Of a stretch of DNA of 64,000 nt, positions 41,279 to 51,240 are shown piece by piece. Origin of the DNA: an uncultured Phascolarctobacterium sp. (lineage in GTDB: Bacteria > Bacillota > Negativicutes > Acidaminococcales > Acidaminococcaceae). The stretch's first letter is position 1. Each line of letters starts with the position of its first letter. A model generated the notes under the pieces. That model did not search any database and was not told the origin of the DNA. It was given only the letters and a program-made list of their open reading frames with translations. Made by a program: the position numbers and the translations under genes. The stretch lies in NCBI RefSeq assembly GCF_934203365.1, contig NZ_CAKPZA010000012.1. One strand, 5' to 3'.

Positions 41279-42208
41279 TTAAAGAAAGTTTTCAGCTTTA
41301 AAATTAATATTTTTTATGTTTCTATGTTGCTTCGAAACACATTTGAATTTCTCAGGATCAAATATTGCGTAATTAATTCCGCCTTCATTTATAGTGCTCT
41401 TATACTTTATTCCATCATAGCCAAGGTTTTTTATATAATCAGCAATATACTGTGTTGGTACATAATCTATGTCTTTATCAAACCTTCTCATAGGTTTAGA
41501 AATCTCTTTTGCTATTTGCTTGATAGCTTCTATATTTATTGCAAACCATGTAAGATCAACATCTTCATATTGAAAAGGAGTTATGCTATCCAAATAACAC
41601 AAATCAATAATATTTAATGGCACTATATTTTCAAACACGCCTAAAGTAATATGGTCATAAACTCTAGCCCGCACCTCATGAAACGTAGTTATATCGCTAT
41701 CAGCCAAATATAAACACGGAATACCCTCTGAATTAATTCTTCCAGCAGTGGCAACATTTTTAGGCGGAGCTCCTATATCCTTATCGTCTTTATATCCTAT
41801 ATCATAATGTGCTGCATCGCATATTCTTGCACGGAATAAGGATAATTTCCCGCTAGGAATTTCCAGTTTTAAAAATTTCAGTAATTCTGTTAACTGCTCT
41901 ACATTAACCTCTGATGAATGGAATCTATTATGATACTTGATGTCCTCGCAGAATTCTTTTCAACTATACTTTTTTAATATAGCAGACTGATTTATATATT
42001 TTTCATTTAAAAATTCGCTAATTATAACATTCTCAGTAAAAATCTGCGCGTTTTCATCTAATTTAGAATGAAATATGGCCTTTAAAATGATCTCTATATC
42101 ATGGCTTTTTACACTAAACATATTCCATTTTTCCAAAATATCATACAGGCTAGCAGAATACTTTTCTACTCCTTGAATATGCTTCATGGAACTAACAGGT
42201 GTAAACAA
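41279..42208 (-). pseudogene. RES-domain protein (putative NAD+-targeting toxin) with ~90-aa N-terminal extension, interrupted by an in-frame TGA at 41960-41962
   Basis: ORFs 41960..42208 and 41279..41707 are in the same frame. The 75 codons between them are open and carry the RES signature (...ATAGRINSEGIPCLYLADSDITTFHEV...) but have no ATG/GTG/TTG start. Confidence 0.55.
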
Positions 42209-42366
42209 GTCTAAAATTTATTCTAAATAGGGCAATAATTCCTCATTTGTGTTGCTATCATATACATTTTGATTTTCTGATTTTGTTATTTCGCAGGTTC
42301 CTACATTGTGTAAGGAATCAACTATAGATTTAAATGTCTTGTCGGAGAAACAGTTCGATCCTATTT

Positions 42367-43305
42367 TCATTTTATTTCTCCCAAACGTTTACTCATTAAT
42401 TCTAAATGATGCATAATGGAACATTTTTTGACTACTCCTAAACCAGGAAATCTACCTTTATCACAATAATCATAAAACGCTTTTAATCCCTTGGTTTCTT
42501 GAATCTTATTCTCTATGCACCAATGCTTTAGCTCAGAAACAGCTTCACCAAATTTACCGGCAATATCTCTGTTATTAATATTGTGTTCCGAAACAAAATG
42601 ATGTACTCTTAAATCATCATCAGAGCTTAAATAGACTATATGAATAGCTACAGCTATAGGAGCAAATCCAGATTCACTATATTCTGAACCTACTATGGAA
42701 TAATCCGAAAACCCACTATAGCCTTCTTCAATATACTCCCTATGCCAATCAGAAAAAAATTCATCTGTGTTGTTTTTGTAGTCAACATTACGCTTTTGCT
42801 TAATAAACGAATCTTCTAAGATGATTTTTTCACCTTTAACATTTCTCTTGATACTTCTTCTGTCAGGGATTATTGTATATAATGGTTTTTCGTTTTCATA
42901 AGCTTCTAAATAACTACTTATATCATCCACAGAGTCAATTATCGCAATACTATTTTTCATGTCATTAACAACTATTTCGTTATTATCCTGGAATAAATAC
43001 GCCTTTATGACATTACCTTTTTCTAATTCAATTTTTAATTTTCCATACAGTGAATTTTCATCCAACTTCTCTTCCTCCATGCTTACTGGATACGCACCCA
43101 CAGACGGATTTTGGACAAAAACAAGTTTATGATTTTTCTTATTAAATAACTCTACTGTTTTTAAAAGAGAGGAAGATAGCTTGACAGGTTCAATTATAGG
43201 TATAATATTATTCCCTAATAAATCATTTTCCAATAATTCTCTTAATGCGATTAATTCAAATTGTCTACCACGTAAAAAAGGAAAATACATATTATACACC
43301 TCCAC
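42367..43305 (-). CDS. Hypothetical protein, 'sce7725-family'-like (N-terminus MYFPFLRGRQFELIALRELLEN)
   Basis: 312 aa, AT-rich. 14-nt overlap with the upstream PD-(D/E)xK gene. The family assignment is from memory of the N-terminal motif, not a search. Confidence 0.45.
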   Translation of the reverse strand: MEVYNMYFPFLRGRQFELIALRELLENDLLGNNIIPIIEPVKLSSSLLKTVELFNKKNHKLVFVQNPSVGAYPVSMEEEKLDENSLYGKLKIELEKGNVIKAYLFQDNNEIVVNDMKNSIAIIDSVDDISSYLEAYENEKPLYTIIPDRRSIKRNVKGEKIILEDSFIKQKRNVDYKNNTDEFFSDWHREYIEEGYSGFSDYSIVGSEYSESGFAPIAVAIHIVYLSSDDDLRVHHFVSEHNINNRDIAGKFGEAVSELKHWCIENKIQETKGLKAFYDYCDKGRFPGLGVVKKCSIMHHLELMSKRLGEIK

Positions 43306-44245
43306 ACTTTTGCCTTAAATAAAAGTCAAGATTTTTATAATCTTCTTGACTAAAATTCAGAAAGTATACTAAAAATTTTAATTCTATAGGAACATTACTA
43401 AATTCATTTTTCGTCACTTTTACTCGTTTTTTTAAGAGTTTTAAAAAATTACTATATATATAATCGATAGGAATCTTTAAAAATTCTTTTTTACATTCGC
43501 TATAATGATTGAACGAATTAGTTTTTGGCAAACTACCAAAATAATTCATCAAAATGCTTTGATATTCTTCCTTTCTCAAAATCGAAAATATAGTTTCTTT
43601 GCTTAATCTATTTCTATATGCTTTGGGCTTCTTTACAGTGCTAATGGCTCCATTCTTCTTAATATAATATATTCCTACAGGTTTACTCAGATTAGCTATT
43701 AGCTTTTCTATTGCTTCTAGATTATCCTCATAGGTAACCACAGCTACATGGTCAAAAGCAAGATAGTAATCATTTATTTGAGATTCCAGGCGCTCCAAAT
43801 TATCTAGTTCTGTCTTAATTTCATAAACCACTGCTTTACCATTTATCATTAAGAAATCAGCTTTAGAATTAGCTATAGGCAATTCAGTTAAAGCTGTAGT
43901 AGTATTAACACTATGAACTCCTAGCAAAAGCTTGTTAAGCAACGTATTTTTATAATAATATTCATTTCTGTAACTCTTCTTTAAAACATCGTATATATGC
44001 TTAAATAAGTCGCCGTATGATTTATTATTCAGCTCATATTGCTGTACAATATAATTTAAATTATCATTTTCTCTAGCAGAAACTATATCCCTAAGAACAT
44101 TGCGAGTGAATATTTTGTTTAGTATGCTCATATTTTTCATCATTTTAAATTCACCCTTCCATAGTTTCTTAGTGAGAATCTGCAAAAAATCTGTTCTTTC
44201 AGTAAAACCTAGCCAAAGTATCTTGTACACCAAAAGCATAGTCAA
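43292..44245 (-). CDS. PD-(D/E)xK nuclease-fold protein, 'sce7726-family'-like
   Basis: Core motif ...SKADFLMINGKAVVYEIKTELDNLE (D...ExK). 317 aa. The true start is probably the internal MMKNMSIL. Confidence 0.45.
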   Translation of the reverse strand: MTMLLVYKILWLGFTERTDFLQILTKKLWKGEFKMMKNMSILNKIFTRNVLRDIVSARENDNLNYIVQQYELNNKSYGDLFKHIYDVLKKSYRNEYYYKNTLLNKLLLGVHSVNTTTALTELPIANSKADFLMINGKAVVYEIKTELDNLERLESQINDYYLAFDHVAVVTYEDNLEAIEKLIANLSKPVGIYYIKKNGAISTVKKPKAYRNRLSKETIFSILRKEEYQSILMNYFGSLPKTNSFNHYSECKKEFLKIPIDYIYSNFLKLLKKRVKVTKNEFSNVPIELKFLVYFLNFSQEDYKNLDFYLRQKCGGV

Positions 44246-44494
44246 AACAAGGAACCATAAAATGTTTTTCTTTTGTTTCTATCTCATTCAAAGACAAAAA
44301 TTTATCAGAAAATATATTACGCTTATATAATATATTATACACTACTACAGTTAAATCAACAAATCATATATGACACACTAAAAGATACGTTTCTTCCATC
44401 CAACTCATAAGAACTCTTCTGCAAATTCTAACGAACTCTAAGATGTAGTTTCATATAGTTTCCTATAAAGCGCCTTGTAAATCATGATATATTT

Positions 44495-44526
44495 AGCGCC
44501 TGCCATCTGGCAAGCGCTTTTTAATC
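44495..44526 (+). repeat. Second copy of the rpn-terminator hairpin (agcgcctgccatCtggcaagcgcttttt), orphaned from any + strand gene
   Basis: 27/28 nt identical to 35194-35221. Single difference in the loop. Confidence 0.6.
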
Positions 44527-45396
44527 TTACTCTACAATCCCCTTCAGATATTCCAAAAACTTATCCTTCAGGTCCGGTCTGCGCAGCGCGTATTCCACTG
44601 TCGCTTCCAGATATCCTTGCTTGTCGCCTACGTCATAACGACGGCCAACAAAGTCATACGCATACATGGCCTGTTCCTTCGCCAGCACCTTCAATGCATC
44701 AGTAAGCTGAATTTCGCCACCACGTCCAGGTTCCGTATGCTCCAGGATGGAGAATATCTCCGGCGTGATTACATAACGTCCCAATACCGCCAAACGGCTG
44801 GGTGCTTCTTCTACAGCAGGCTTTTCTACCATATCGTTTACTTTATAGATACGCTCTGCATCTGTTGCTTCGCTTGCTACAATGCCATAAGATGAAACCT
44901 TTTCCTGCGGCACTGTTTGGCAGCCAAGCACGCTGGCACCAGTGTTATTATATACATCCATGAGCTGCTTTAAGCAGGGATATTCATCGTTATAAACAAC
45001 GTCATCACCTAAGAGGACTGCAAAAGGCTCATTACCTACGAACGCTTTGGCACACAGGATGGCGTGTCCCAGTCCTTTAGGCTCCTTTTGACGGATGTAG
45101 TGCAGGTTGATGTTGCCAATATCCCTTACCATCGCCAACAGGTCGTCTTTGCCATGCTCACGCAGGTTTTGTTCCAGCTCAGGGCTGTAGTCAAAGTGGT
45201 CTTCGATGGAGCGTTTGTTGTGGCCGGTGATGATTAAGATGTCTTCAATTCTGGAAGCAAGTGCTTCTTCAATGATGTATTGAATTGTAGGTTTATCTAC
45301 GATTGGCAGCATTTCTTTTGGGCACGCTTTTGTTGCTGGCAAAAAGCGGGTGCCTAAGCCTGCAGCAGGGATTACAGCTTTGGTTATTTTTTGCAT
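44527..45396 (-). CDS. galU: UTP--glucose-1-phosphate uridylyltransferase
   Basis: AVIPAAGLGTRFLPATK nucleotidyltransferase motif. I set the start at MQKITK. Confidence 0.85.
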   Translation of the reverse strand: MQKITKAVIPAAGLGTRFLPATKACPKEMLPIVDKPTIQYIIEEALASRIEDILIITGHNKRSIEDHFDYSPELEQNLREHGKDDLLAMVRDIGNINLHYIRQKEPKGLGHAILCAKAFVGNEPFAVLLGDDVVYNDEYPCLKQLMDVYNNTGASVLGCQTVPQEKVSSYGIVASEATDAERIYKVNDMVEKPAVEEAPSRLAVLGRYVITPEIFSILEHTEPGRGGEIQLTDALKVLAKEQAMYAYDFVGRRYDVGDKQGYLEATVEYALRRPDLKDKFLEYLKGIVE

Positions 45397-45436
45397 CCTA
45401 AAAAGCTCCATTTCTTTTACAATTATTTATTAAAAC

Positions 45437-46393
45437 CTATTTCCTTAGGGGAATCTCTGAGCATATTACTTTTGTATTTGCATTAGCTACGCCATTCTTC
45501 TTCAGAGCACGTACAAAAATTTCTTTTAATTGTTCAGCATTGCTGCTAGGGCCTATGATGATTCTGTCAAGTAATTCATTTATCTTGAGTTTACGATTAT
45601 TATATTTTATCTTCGAAAAGTTTAGTTTCTTAACTATCCGCGGTACACCATTTATAACTTCTATGTTTTCTTCGATTATCTCGCTAAGGCAATTTCCATA
45701 CAGAGATTTATTATACAAAACTCTCCATTCACATTCTTCCTCAAAACCTTTATGTTTTAAACTTAGCGCAGTCATAAAGAATTTATCTAATATGTAACTA
45801 TCAAAATTAGGCACCATCTTTAATATTTCACAATCATCTTTTAGTCTTCTAGTAAATTCCGAAATGGCATGACTAAAATCATTTTTATTAAAATAAAACA
45901 TTGGGATTGTCATAACATTTGTATTAACAGCTTCTTCTAAAAACATTGATGTATTAAAAACAAGAGCAACACCATTATTCAATCCGTATGCACGCCACAT
46001 TGATAATCTGCCATACTCATCTTCTTCCTTTGTATGTTCAGTCAAACAAAAAGCATAGGTATTCATCAAGTGAGAACTCTGATGATCATAATACTGTTCT
46101 AAAGTATTTGTACAGCCTTTATGTATCTCATCCATTATTTCTCGCAGTTCTCCACCTGTATCATTTTTATAAAAATCCATCAACAGTCGGTTGCCTATTT
46201 CAATTTCACTGTAATCGTTCATATAGCATACATTGTTTAGCCATATAGTCTTGTTTTCAATAATGCTAAGAGCTACAGCAGCTGATGTATAATGAGCTAA
46301 TCTTATATTTTTAGTTTTTAAGTTATCAACTCTATCCAAGTATTCTTTGTAAATTATCTTGTTTATTATTTCTTGGCTATACATTTCTATCAC
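45437..46393 (-). CDS. DUF2971-family protein (HYTS...ND..E signature; defence-island-associated family)
   Basis: The LAHYTSAAVALSIIEN...CYMNDYSEIEIG pattern matches DUF2971 from memory. AT-rich. Confidence 0.45.
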   Translation of the reverse strand: MIEMYSQEIINKIIYKEYLDRVDNLKTKNIRLAHYTSAAVALSIIENKTIWLNNVCYMNDYSEIEIGNRLLMDFYKNDTGGELREIMDEIHKGCTNTLEQYYDHQSSHLMNTYAFCLTEHTKEEDEYGRLSMWRAYGLNNGVALVFNTSMFLEEAVNTNVMTIPMFYFNKNDFSHAISEFTRRLKDDCEILKMVPNFDSYILDKFFMTALSLKHKGFEEECEWRVLYNKSLYGNCLSEIIEENIEVINGVPRIVKKLNFSKIKYNNRKLKINELLDRIIIGPSSNAEQLKEIFVRALKKNGVANANTKVICSEIPLRK

Positions 46394-46474
46394 CTTACGT
46401 TATCCTAATTAAACATTAATACAATGTTTAGTTTTACTCTAATATCATTCCCTTAGTACTATTAAAACATGCCT

Positions 46475-47152
46475 TTATTCTATCAATCCTTCAAATACTC
46501 CATCTCTCGGAGCATTCTCTTCACATTCACTTATCCATTTGCCTAATTTGTTGATAGCTGCTTGAACCTTTGCTTTAGTCAAACCTTCCTCAGCAGCTTT
46601 ATCCCAAAGCCACTCAAAAAATAAATTTATGTCTTTAGGATAGCAAACACCATCATTATCTAATAAATGGTTTAATTCCGGACTCATGGATTTATTACTT
46701 GAGTACGAATCACTAAGTACTCTAATATCCCATCCTTTTTCTGTCCTTGTAATTTTATAATGCTCAATATATTGCCAGCGTCTTGTAAAAAACTTCAATG
46801 TAAATGTCTTGCCTATAGTTTTATCTTTAGAATTATCATTAATGTGAACATCATCTATAAATGCCAGCAAATCCTGAACCGGATGTACGTGCCTATAAAA
46901 GCGTACATCATCAGGTGTACACTCTCGATTTTCAATCATATACTTATGATGCTTAGGCTCATGACCGCTGTCTTTTAAAGACATATGTAATTCATGAGCT
47001 TTTCTAGCCATTTCGTCATAAAGCCTACTAGCATCATCACCAGAAAGTAACTTTTGGTCACTTTCTATGTATTGCCAAATTTGGTTATGGAGGATTTCAA
47101 GTTCAGATTTAAGCTTTGTTTGAGATTCCGTTAATTTTAATTTTTTAGGCAT
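46475..47152 (-). CDS. Hypothetical protein
   Basis: 225-aa AT-rich ORF. No recognisable motif. Confidence 0.3.
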   Translation of the reverse strand: MPKKLKLTESQTKLKSELEILHNQIWQYIESDQKLLSGDDASRLYDEMARKAHELHMSLKDSGHEPKHHKYMIENRECTPDDVRFYRHVHPVQDLLAFIDDVHINDNSKDKTIGKTFTLKFFTRRWQYIEHYKITRTEKGWDIRVLSDSYSSNKSMSPELNHLLDNDGVCYPKDINLFFEWLWDKAAEEGLTKAKVQAAINKLGKWISECEENAPRDGVFEGLIE

Positions 47153-47721
47153 AATTACATCTCCAACTCGTATATCTATGTTGGATTTTTATTTTGCATA
47201 GTCAATATATTGCAATATACGTAATATATCAACCATACTATTTCTGCAAGACACTCTCATATTCCATAAATTTTACAAGGCGGAATTCATCTAATAACCA
47301 TGAAAGTGTGTACTTTCATTATATCACTACAATATTTCTTTTACAATCAAACTAGCATAGGTATTATTTAATCCTAATATGCATTTATTATTCTCGCTCA
47401 ATGCTTGAATGACTCCTAAAGTATTAGGAGAAAAGCCTCAATAACGACTACTGCTATCTATTACCTTCCGTTATATATGGTACTGTCAATAGTTTTGCGC
47501 AACTTATTATACGTCATCAAAATTTCTCATAAGTTGTAGAAAGCCTAGGCGATGTTCTTTTTTCATCCATATTAAATCTCCCCATCTCTATAAAATAAAA
47601 CACACCCTTATATCTATAATTTCATCCCAAAACAAAATTTTCATAGAACAATAAGAGTGTGCTCATTAATATTATACCGCAGAAGATACAATATCTATAC
47701 TATTTAATTTTCAAAACTTCT

Positions 47722-47841
47722 CTACCCTCTCACCAGCAGCAGCTGCACTTCGCCATGTACCTTCACTTCTACTGAATCAGCAGGCAAAAATACGCAGTCC
47801 CCTCTAAAAAGCTGCAATACCTCTCCATCGCCAAAGGTCAT
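47722..47841 (-). pseudogene. ~40-codon C-terminal remnant of a cupin-fold sugar isomerase/pyrophosphorylase
   Basis: The GC-normal patch translates to MTFGDGEVLQLFRGDCVFLPADSVEVKVHGEVQLLLVRG*, a cupin motif-2-like sequence, between AT-rich genes. Confidence 0.3.
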
Positions 47842-47859
47842 AATGCCACATGTATTTTG

Positions 47860-48495
47860 TCAACACAAATTCTTCTCTATCTCTAAACACAAAGCATGAT
47901 AAACCGGCAAATGCAATTCTTGTACCTTAAAAGTTTCCACCTCTGGTACTTTTATGCATACATCGCAAATATCCTTCAGCTTGCCACCGCTCATTCCTGT
48001 GAGGCCTACAACCTTCATACCCATAGCTTTTGCCACTTCGGCTGCATAGATAATATTCTTAGAATTACCAGATGTGGAAATGCCTAGAAACACATCACCA
48101 GATTTTGCATATCCTAGCACCTGCTGCGCAAACATCAAATCTGATGCTACATCATTACTATACGCAGTAGTTAACCCAACTTCACCAACTAAAGCAATTG
48201 CTGGTAATGCCATCTGCAAATTCTTTTTCAAATACGTCGCATTTTGACTATTCTTATCTAAAGCATCACAAATCTGCTTATTAAGCTCACGCGGCAAAAC
48301 AAAAGCTTTCATAAGCTCTCCCACAATATGCAATGCATCTGCTGCAGAGCCACCATTTCCGGCAACAAGAAGCTTATTACCATTCTTATAGCATTCTTCT
48401 AACAATATATACGTATCTACGATATCTTGCTTACAAACAGCCAAAGCTGGATACCTGTTTATCAAAGTTTCAATATGCTCATAATTATTATCCAT
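47860..48495 (-). CDS. gmhA: D-sedoheptulose-7-phosphate isomerase (SIS domain)
   Basis: SIS-domain motifs VAGNGGSAADA and GISTSGNS. 211 aa. Confidence 0.8.
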   Translation of the reverse strand: MDNNYEHIETLINRYPALAVCKQDIVDTYILLEECYKNGNKLLVAGNGGSAADALHIVGELMKAFVLPRELNKQICDALDKNSQNATYLKKNLQMALPAIALVGEVGLTTAYSNDVASDLMFAQQVLGYAKSGDVFLGISTSGNSKNIIYAAEVAKAMGMKVVGLTGMSGGKLKDICDVCIKVPEVETFKVQELHLPVYHALCLEIEKNLC

Positions 48496-48507
48496 TATTA
48501 TCCCTCA

Positions 48508-49794
48508 TCATAAAATCTCATTCACAAAATTTAAAAGCGAAGTAACCTGTAAATCTTGTCCATAGTCAGATTCTCCAATCAGCGCAGTCTTACAACCTGC
48601 ATTCTTGCCTGCTAATACGTCATTCTCGCTATCCCCTATCATCCACGACTGCGATAGGTCAATATTGAAATCCTTAGCGGCCTGCAACAATAAGCCTGCT
48701 TTAGGCTTTCTGCATTCACAAACAATCTTCAGTTCTTTAACTTCACCATCAAATCCTTTATCTGGATGATGCGGACAATAATAGATACCGTCTAAGTATG
48801 CTCCTTCTTTACCGAGCAGAGTTTCTATTTTATTGTGAATCTCCTGCAATCCTTCTACAGTAACTTCTCCACGCGCAACAACAGGTTGGTTAGTAACCAC
48901 AATAGCAAGATATCCGGAAAGATTGATTTTTCTTACAGCCTCTCCTACGCCATCTAACAATTCTAATTGCTCAGGATTATGTAAATATCCTACATATTTA
49001 TTGACAGTACCATCTCTGTCTAAGAAAATTGCTTTCTGCTTATTACGCAGATTTTTTCCTTGAATTTTTCCTGCTTTATAATCTGCACATGCCGCATAAT
49101 AGCGTTCCGGTGTTCCCATGTCCTTTGCATACTCAGGACTGTTGTAGCACAACATCTTACCGGTACCTGCAAGCGGTTTTAAAATTTGTCTGTCCAAATC
49201 TATTTTCGGAGTAGTAATTTCAACATCCAACACCTTAGAAGAAACAACATGTAATCCACCATTTACTATATTCCTATAATACTGCGGTCTTGCATCCTCC
49301 TTCGTCAGCCACTGCTGCACATAGTTATCCTTGTCAACTACTAATAAACCACTGTCATAAGGATGATCATTAGCATGTGCAAAAAGAGTTACTAAAGCAC
49401 CATGTTGCTCATGATATTTAACAAACCTGTTGAAATCCACATCAAAAAGCGCATCAGCATTCAATAAAAGGAAATCATTAGTAAGCTTATCTTTTATTTT
49501 AAACAGCGCACCAGCATTTCCTAATGGTTCCTTCTCAAAATAATACTCTATATGCACTCCAAACGGTTTACCAGTAGCAGGAGAAACTTTGCTGCCATCG
49601 CCAAAGTAGTCCATAATAATATGACCAAGATGACTAACCGTTATGATGATATCCGTAAAGCCTTGACTTCGCAAGCATTCTAATTCATGCTCAAGAACTG
49701 GTTTGTCACCTATTTTTATCATTGGTTTAGGAATATCGCTAGCAACAGAAGTTATACGAGTTCCTCTGCCGCCTGCCATTATTACTACCTTCAT
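48508..49794 (-). CDS. Bifunctional D-glycero-alpha-D-manno-heptose-1-phosphate guanylyltransferase (HddC-like) / D,D-heptose-1,7-bisphosphate phosphatase (GmhB, HAD)
   Basis: N-terminal NTP-transferase (MAGGRGTR). C-terminal HAD motif FLDRDGT with GDS.ND. Confidence 0.7.
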   Translation of the reverse strand: MKVVIMAGGRGTRITSVASDIPKPMIKIGDKPVLEHELECLRSQGFTDIIITVSHLGHIIMDYFGDGSKVSPATGKPFGVHIEYYFEKEPLGNAGALFKIKDKLTNDFLLLNADALFDVDFNRFVKYHEQHGALVTLFAHANDHPYDSGLLVVDKDNYVQQWLTKEDARPQYYRNIVNGGLHVVSSKVLDVEITTPKIDLDRQILKPLAGTGKMLCYNSPEYAKDMGTPERYYAACADYKAGKIQGKNLRNKQKAIFLDRDGTVNKYVGYLHNPEQLELLDGVGEAVRKINLSGYLAIVVTNQPVVARGEVTVEGLQEIHNKIETLLGKEGAYLDGIYYCPHHPDKGFDGEVKELKIVCECRKPKAGLLLQAAKDFNIDLSQSWMIGDSENDVLAGKNAGCKTALIGESDYGQDLQVTSLLNFVNEIL

Positions 49795-50810
49795 TTACAA
49801 GCCACCATTCTTTCATCATTCAACTTATAATCTTCAGCTGCATAATAAATTACTCGTGTACCACCATTTTCAAAATGGAAGGGAATATATAGTAAGTCGC
49901 TCATAGCTTTTTTTACAGCGTCCTGTTTGTCGGGTTCTACATAAAATACTAAAAAGCCACCGCCACCAGCGCCAAGCAGTTTACCACCAATCGCACCTGC
50001 ATTAATACCTTTTTGATATAATTCATCAATGCTATTGGTAGAAACGGCATTGCCAGTCTGACGCTTCAAATGCCATGTATGGTCAAGAAGACGACCAAAG
50101 TCATTCAAGTCGCTATGCTTGTCTGTCAAAACTTTTTCAGCTTCATCTACAAGTCCATACATTTCCAAAAGCTGCTTTGTTTTATCAGCCTTACCTGCAT
50201 TCGCTTTTTGCACATCAGAAGAAAAACGTGTAAAGCCGGTAAAGAACATTAGTAGATTATTATCAAGCTGCTGTTTGCGTTCCGGATGAATTATAACAGG
50301 CTTGACCTCATATCCTTCGCTAGAGAAAGTAATCTTGTTCAAACCGCCGAAAGCTGCCGCAATCTGATCCTGCCAACCGCCAGCTTCATTGCACAATTCA
50401 CGTTCAAGATAAATTGCCTTATCTGCTAAAAGCCTTTTATCTGCATACTTGCCCTTCAAAGCATAAAAAGCATTGAGCATACCAACTGCAAAAGAGCTGC
50501 TAGTCCCTAATCCGGAACGTGCTGGCAAATCGCCTTCATACGTCAGGCGGATTTCGTGCATATCTAACATATGCATTGCATTACGGATTGCAGGATGAAC
50601 GATGGAATCTAAAGCTGTAACACGTTCGATTTTTGAATAAGATAATTCTGTAGAATAATCGAAGAAACGTGGCAGATGACGAACATTTACATAGCAGTAC
50701 TTATCAAATGTTGTAGAAAGTACCGCTCCTCCATATTCTCTAAAAAACTCTAGCATATCTGTTCCACCGCCGAAAAAGGACATACGGAATGGTGTTTTAG
50801 TGATTATCAT
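49791..50810 (-). CDS. GHMP-family D-glycero-D-manno-heptose-7-phosphate kinase (HddA-like)
   Basis: GHMP ATP-binding motif PARSGLGTSSS. 339 aa. 4-nt overlap with the hddC-gmhB fusion. Confidence 0.7.
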   Translation of the reverse strand: MIITKTPFRMSFFGGGTDMLEFFREYGGAVLSTTFDKYCYVNVRHLPRFFDYSTELSYSKIERVTALDSIVHPAIRNAMHMLDMHEIRLTYEGDLPARSGLGTSSSFAVGMLNAFYALKGKYADKRLLADKAIYLERELCNEAGGWQDQIAAAFGGLNKITFSSEGYEVKPVIIHPERKQQLDNNLLMFFTGFTRFSSDVQKANAGKADKTKQLLEMYGLVDEAEKVLTDKHSDLNDFGRLLDHTWHLKRQTGNAVSTNSIDELYQKGINAGAIGGKLLGAGGGGFLVFYVEPDKQDAVKKAMSDLLYIPFHFENGGTRVIYYAAEDYKLNDERMVACK

Positions 50811-51240
50811 TTTTATCAGTCTCCCATTTTTAGAATTTTATTTTATTTCCTATTAATTTCCCTGTATACGTAAATTAATAGTCGTGCGTTTATAACTAAA
50901 TAAGTAGTACCTGACAAAATTCTTGTTAGTGATGCAGCTATTGAAGTATCGTTGGCTGTTAGCAGTACCTATGGTGCTCGGTTTTCCGAGTGTTGTTGTA
51001 TGCTACTTTTTTGTTTGTTGCTTATAAGCTTCATAAGCAATATAAGCCTGAGTTTAGAAATTTTGTTGAGCTGCTTCGTGACATAAGACTAGGTAGAACG
51101 CCTCAGTACTCGCCTATCAAAAGCAAACATGTACATAAGCTTTTACAACTTATGCGAGTTATGAGCGGCAATCGTGAATATGAGGAATTGTGGAACGAAA
51201 GTAGCCCAAACCTAATAAACTTAAAGGAGATGACATTACT

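Noticed and set aside
41960-41962. Possibility that the in-frame TGA in the RES gene is selenocysteine or Trp recoding
   Set aside because: TGA is the stop of ftsZ, murE, recO and the OMP gene. No SECIS-like hairpin follows. No Cys/Sec-appropriate context.
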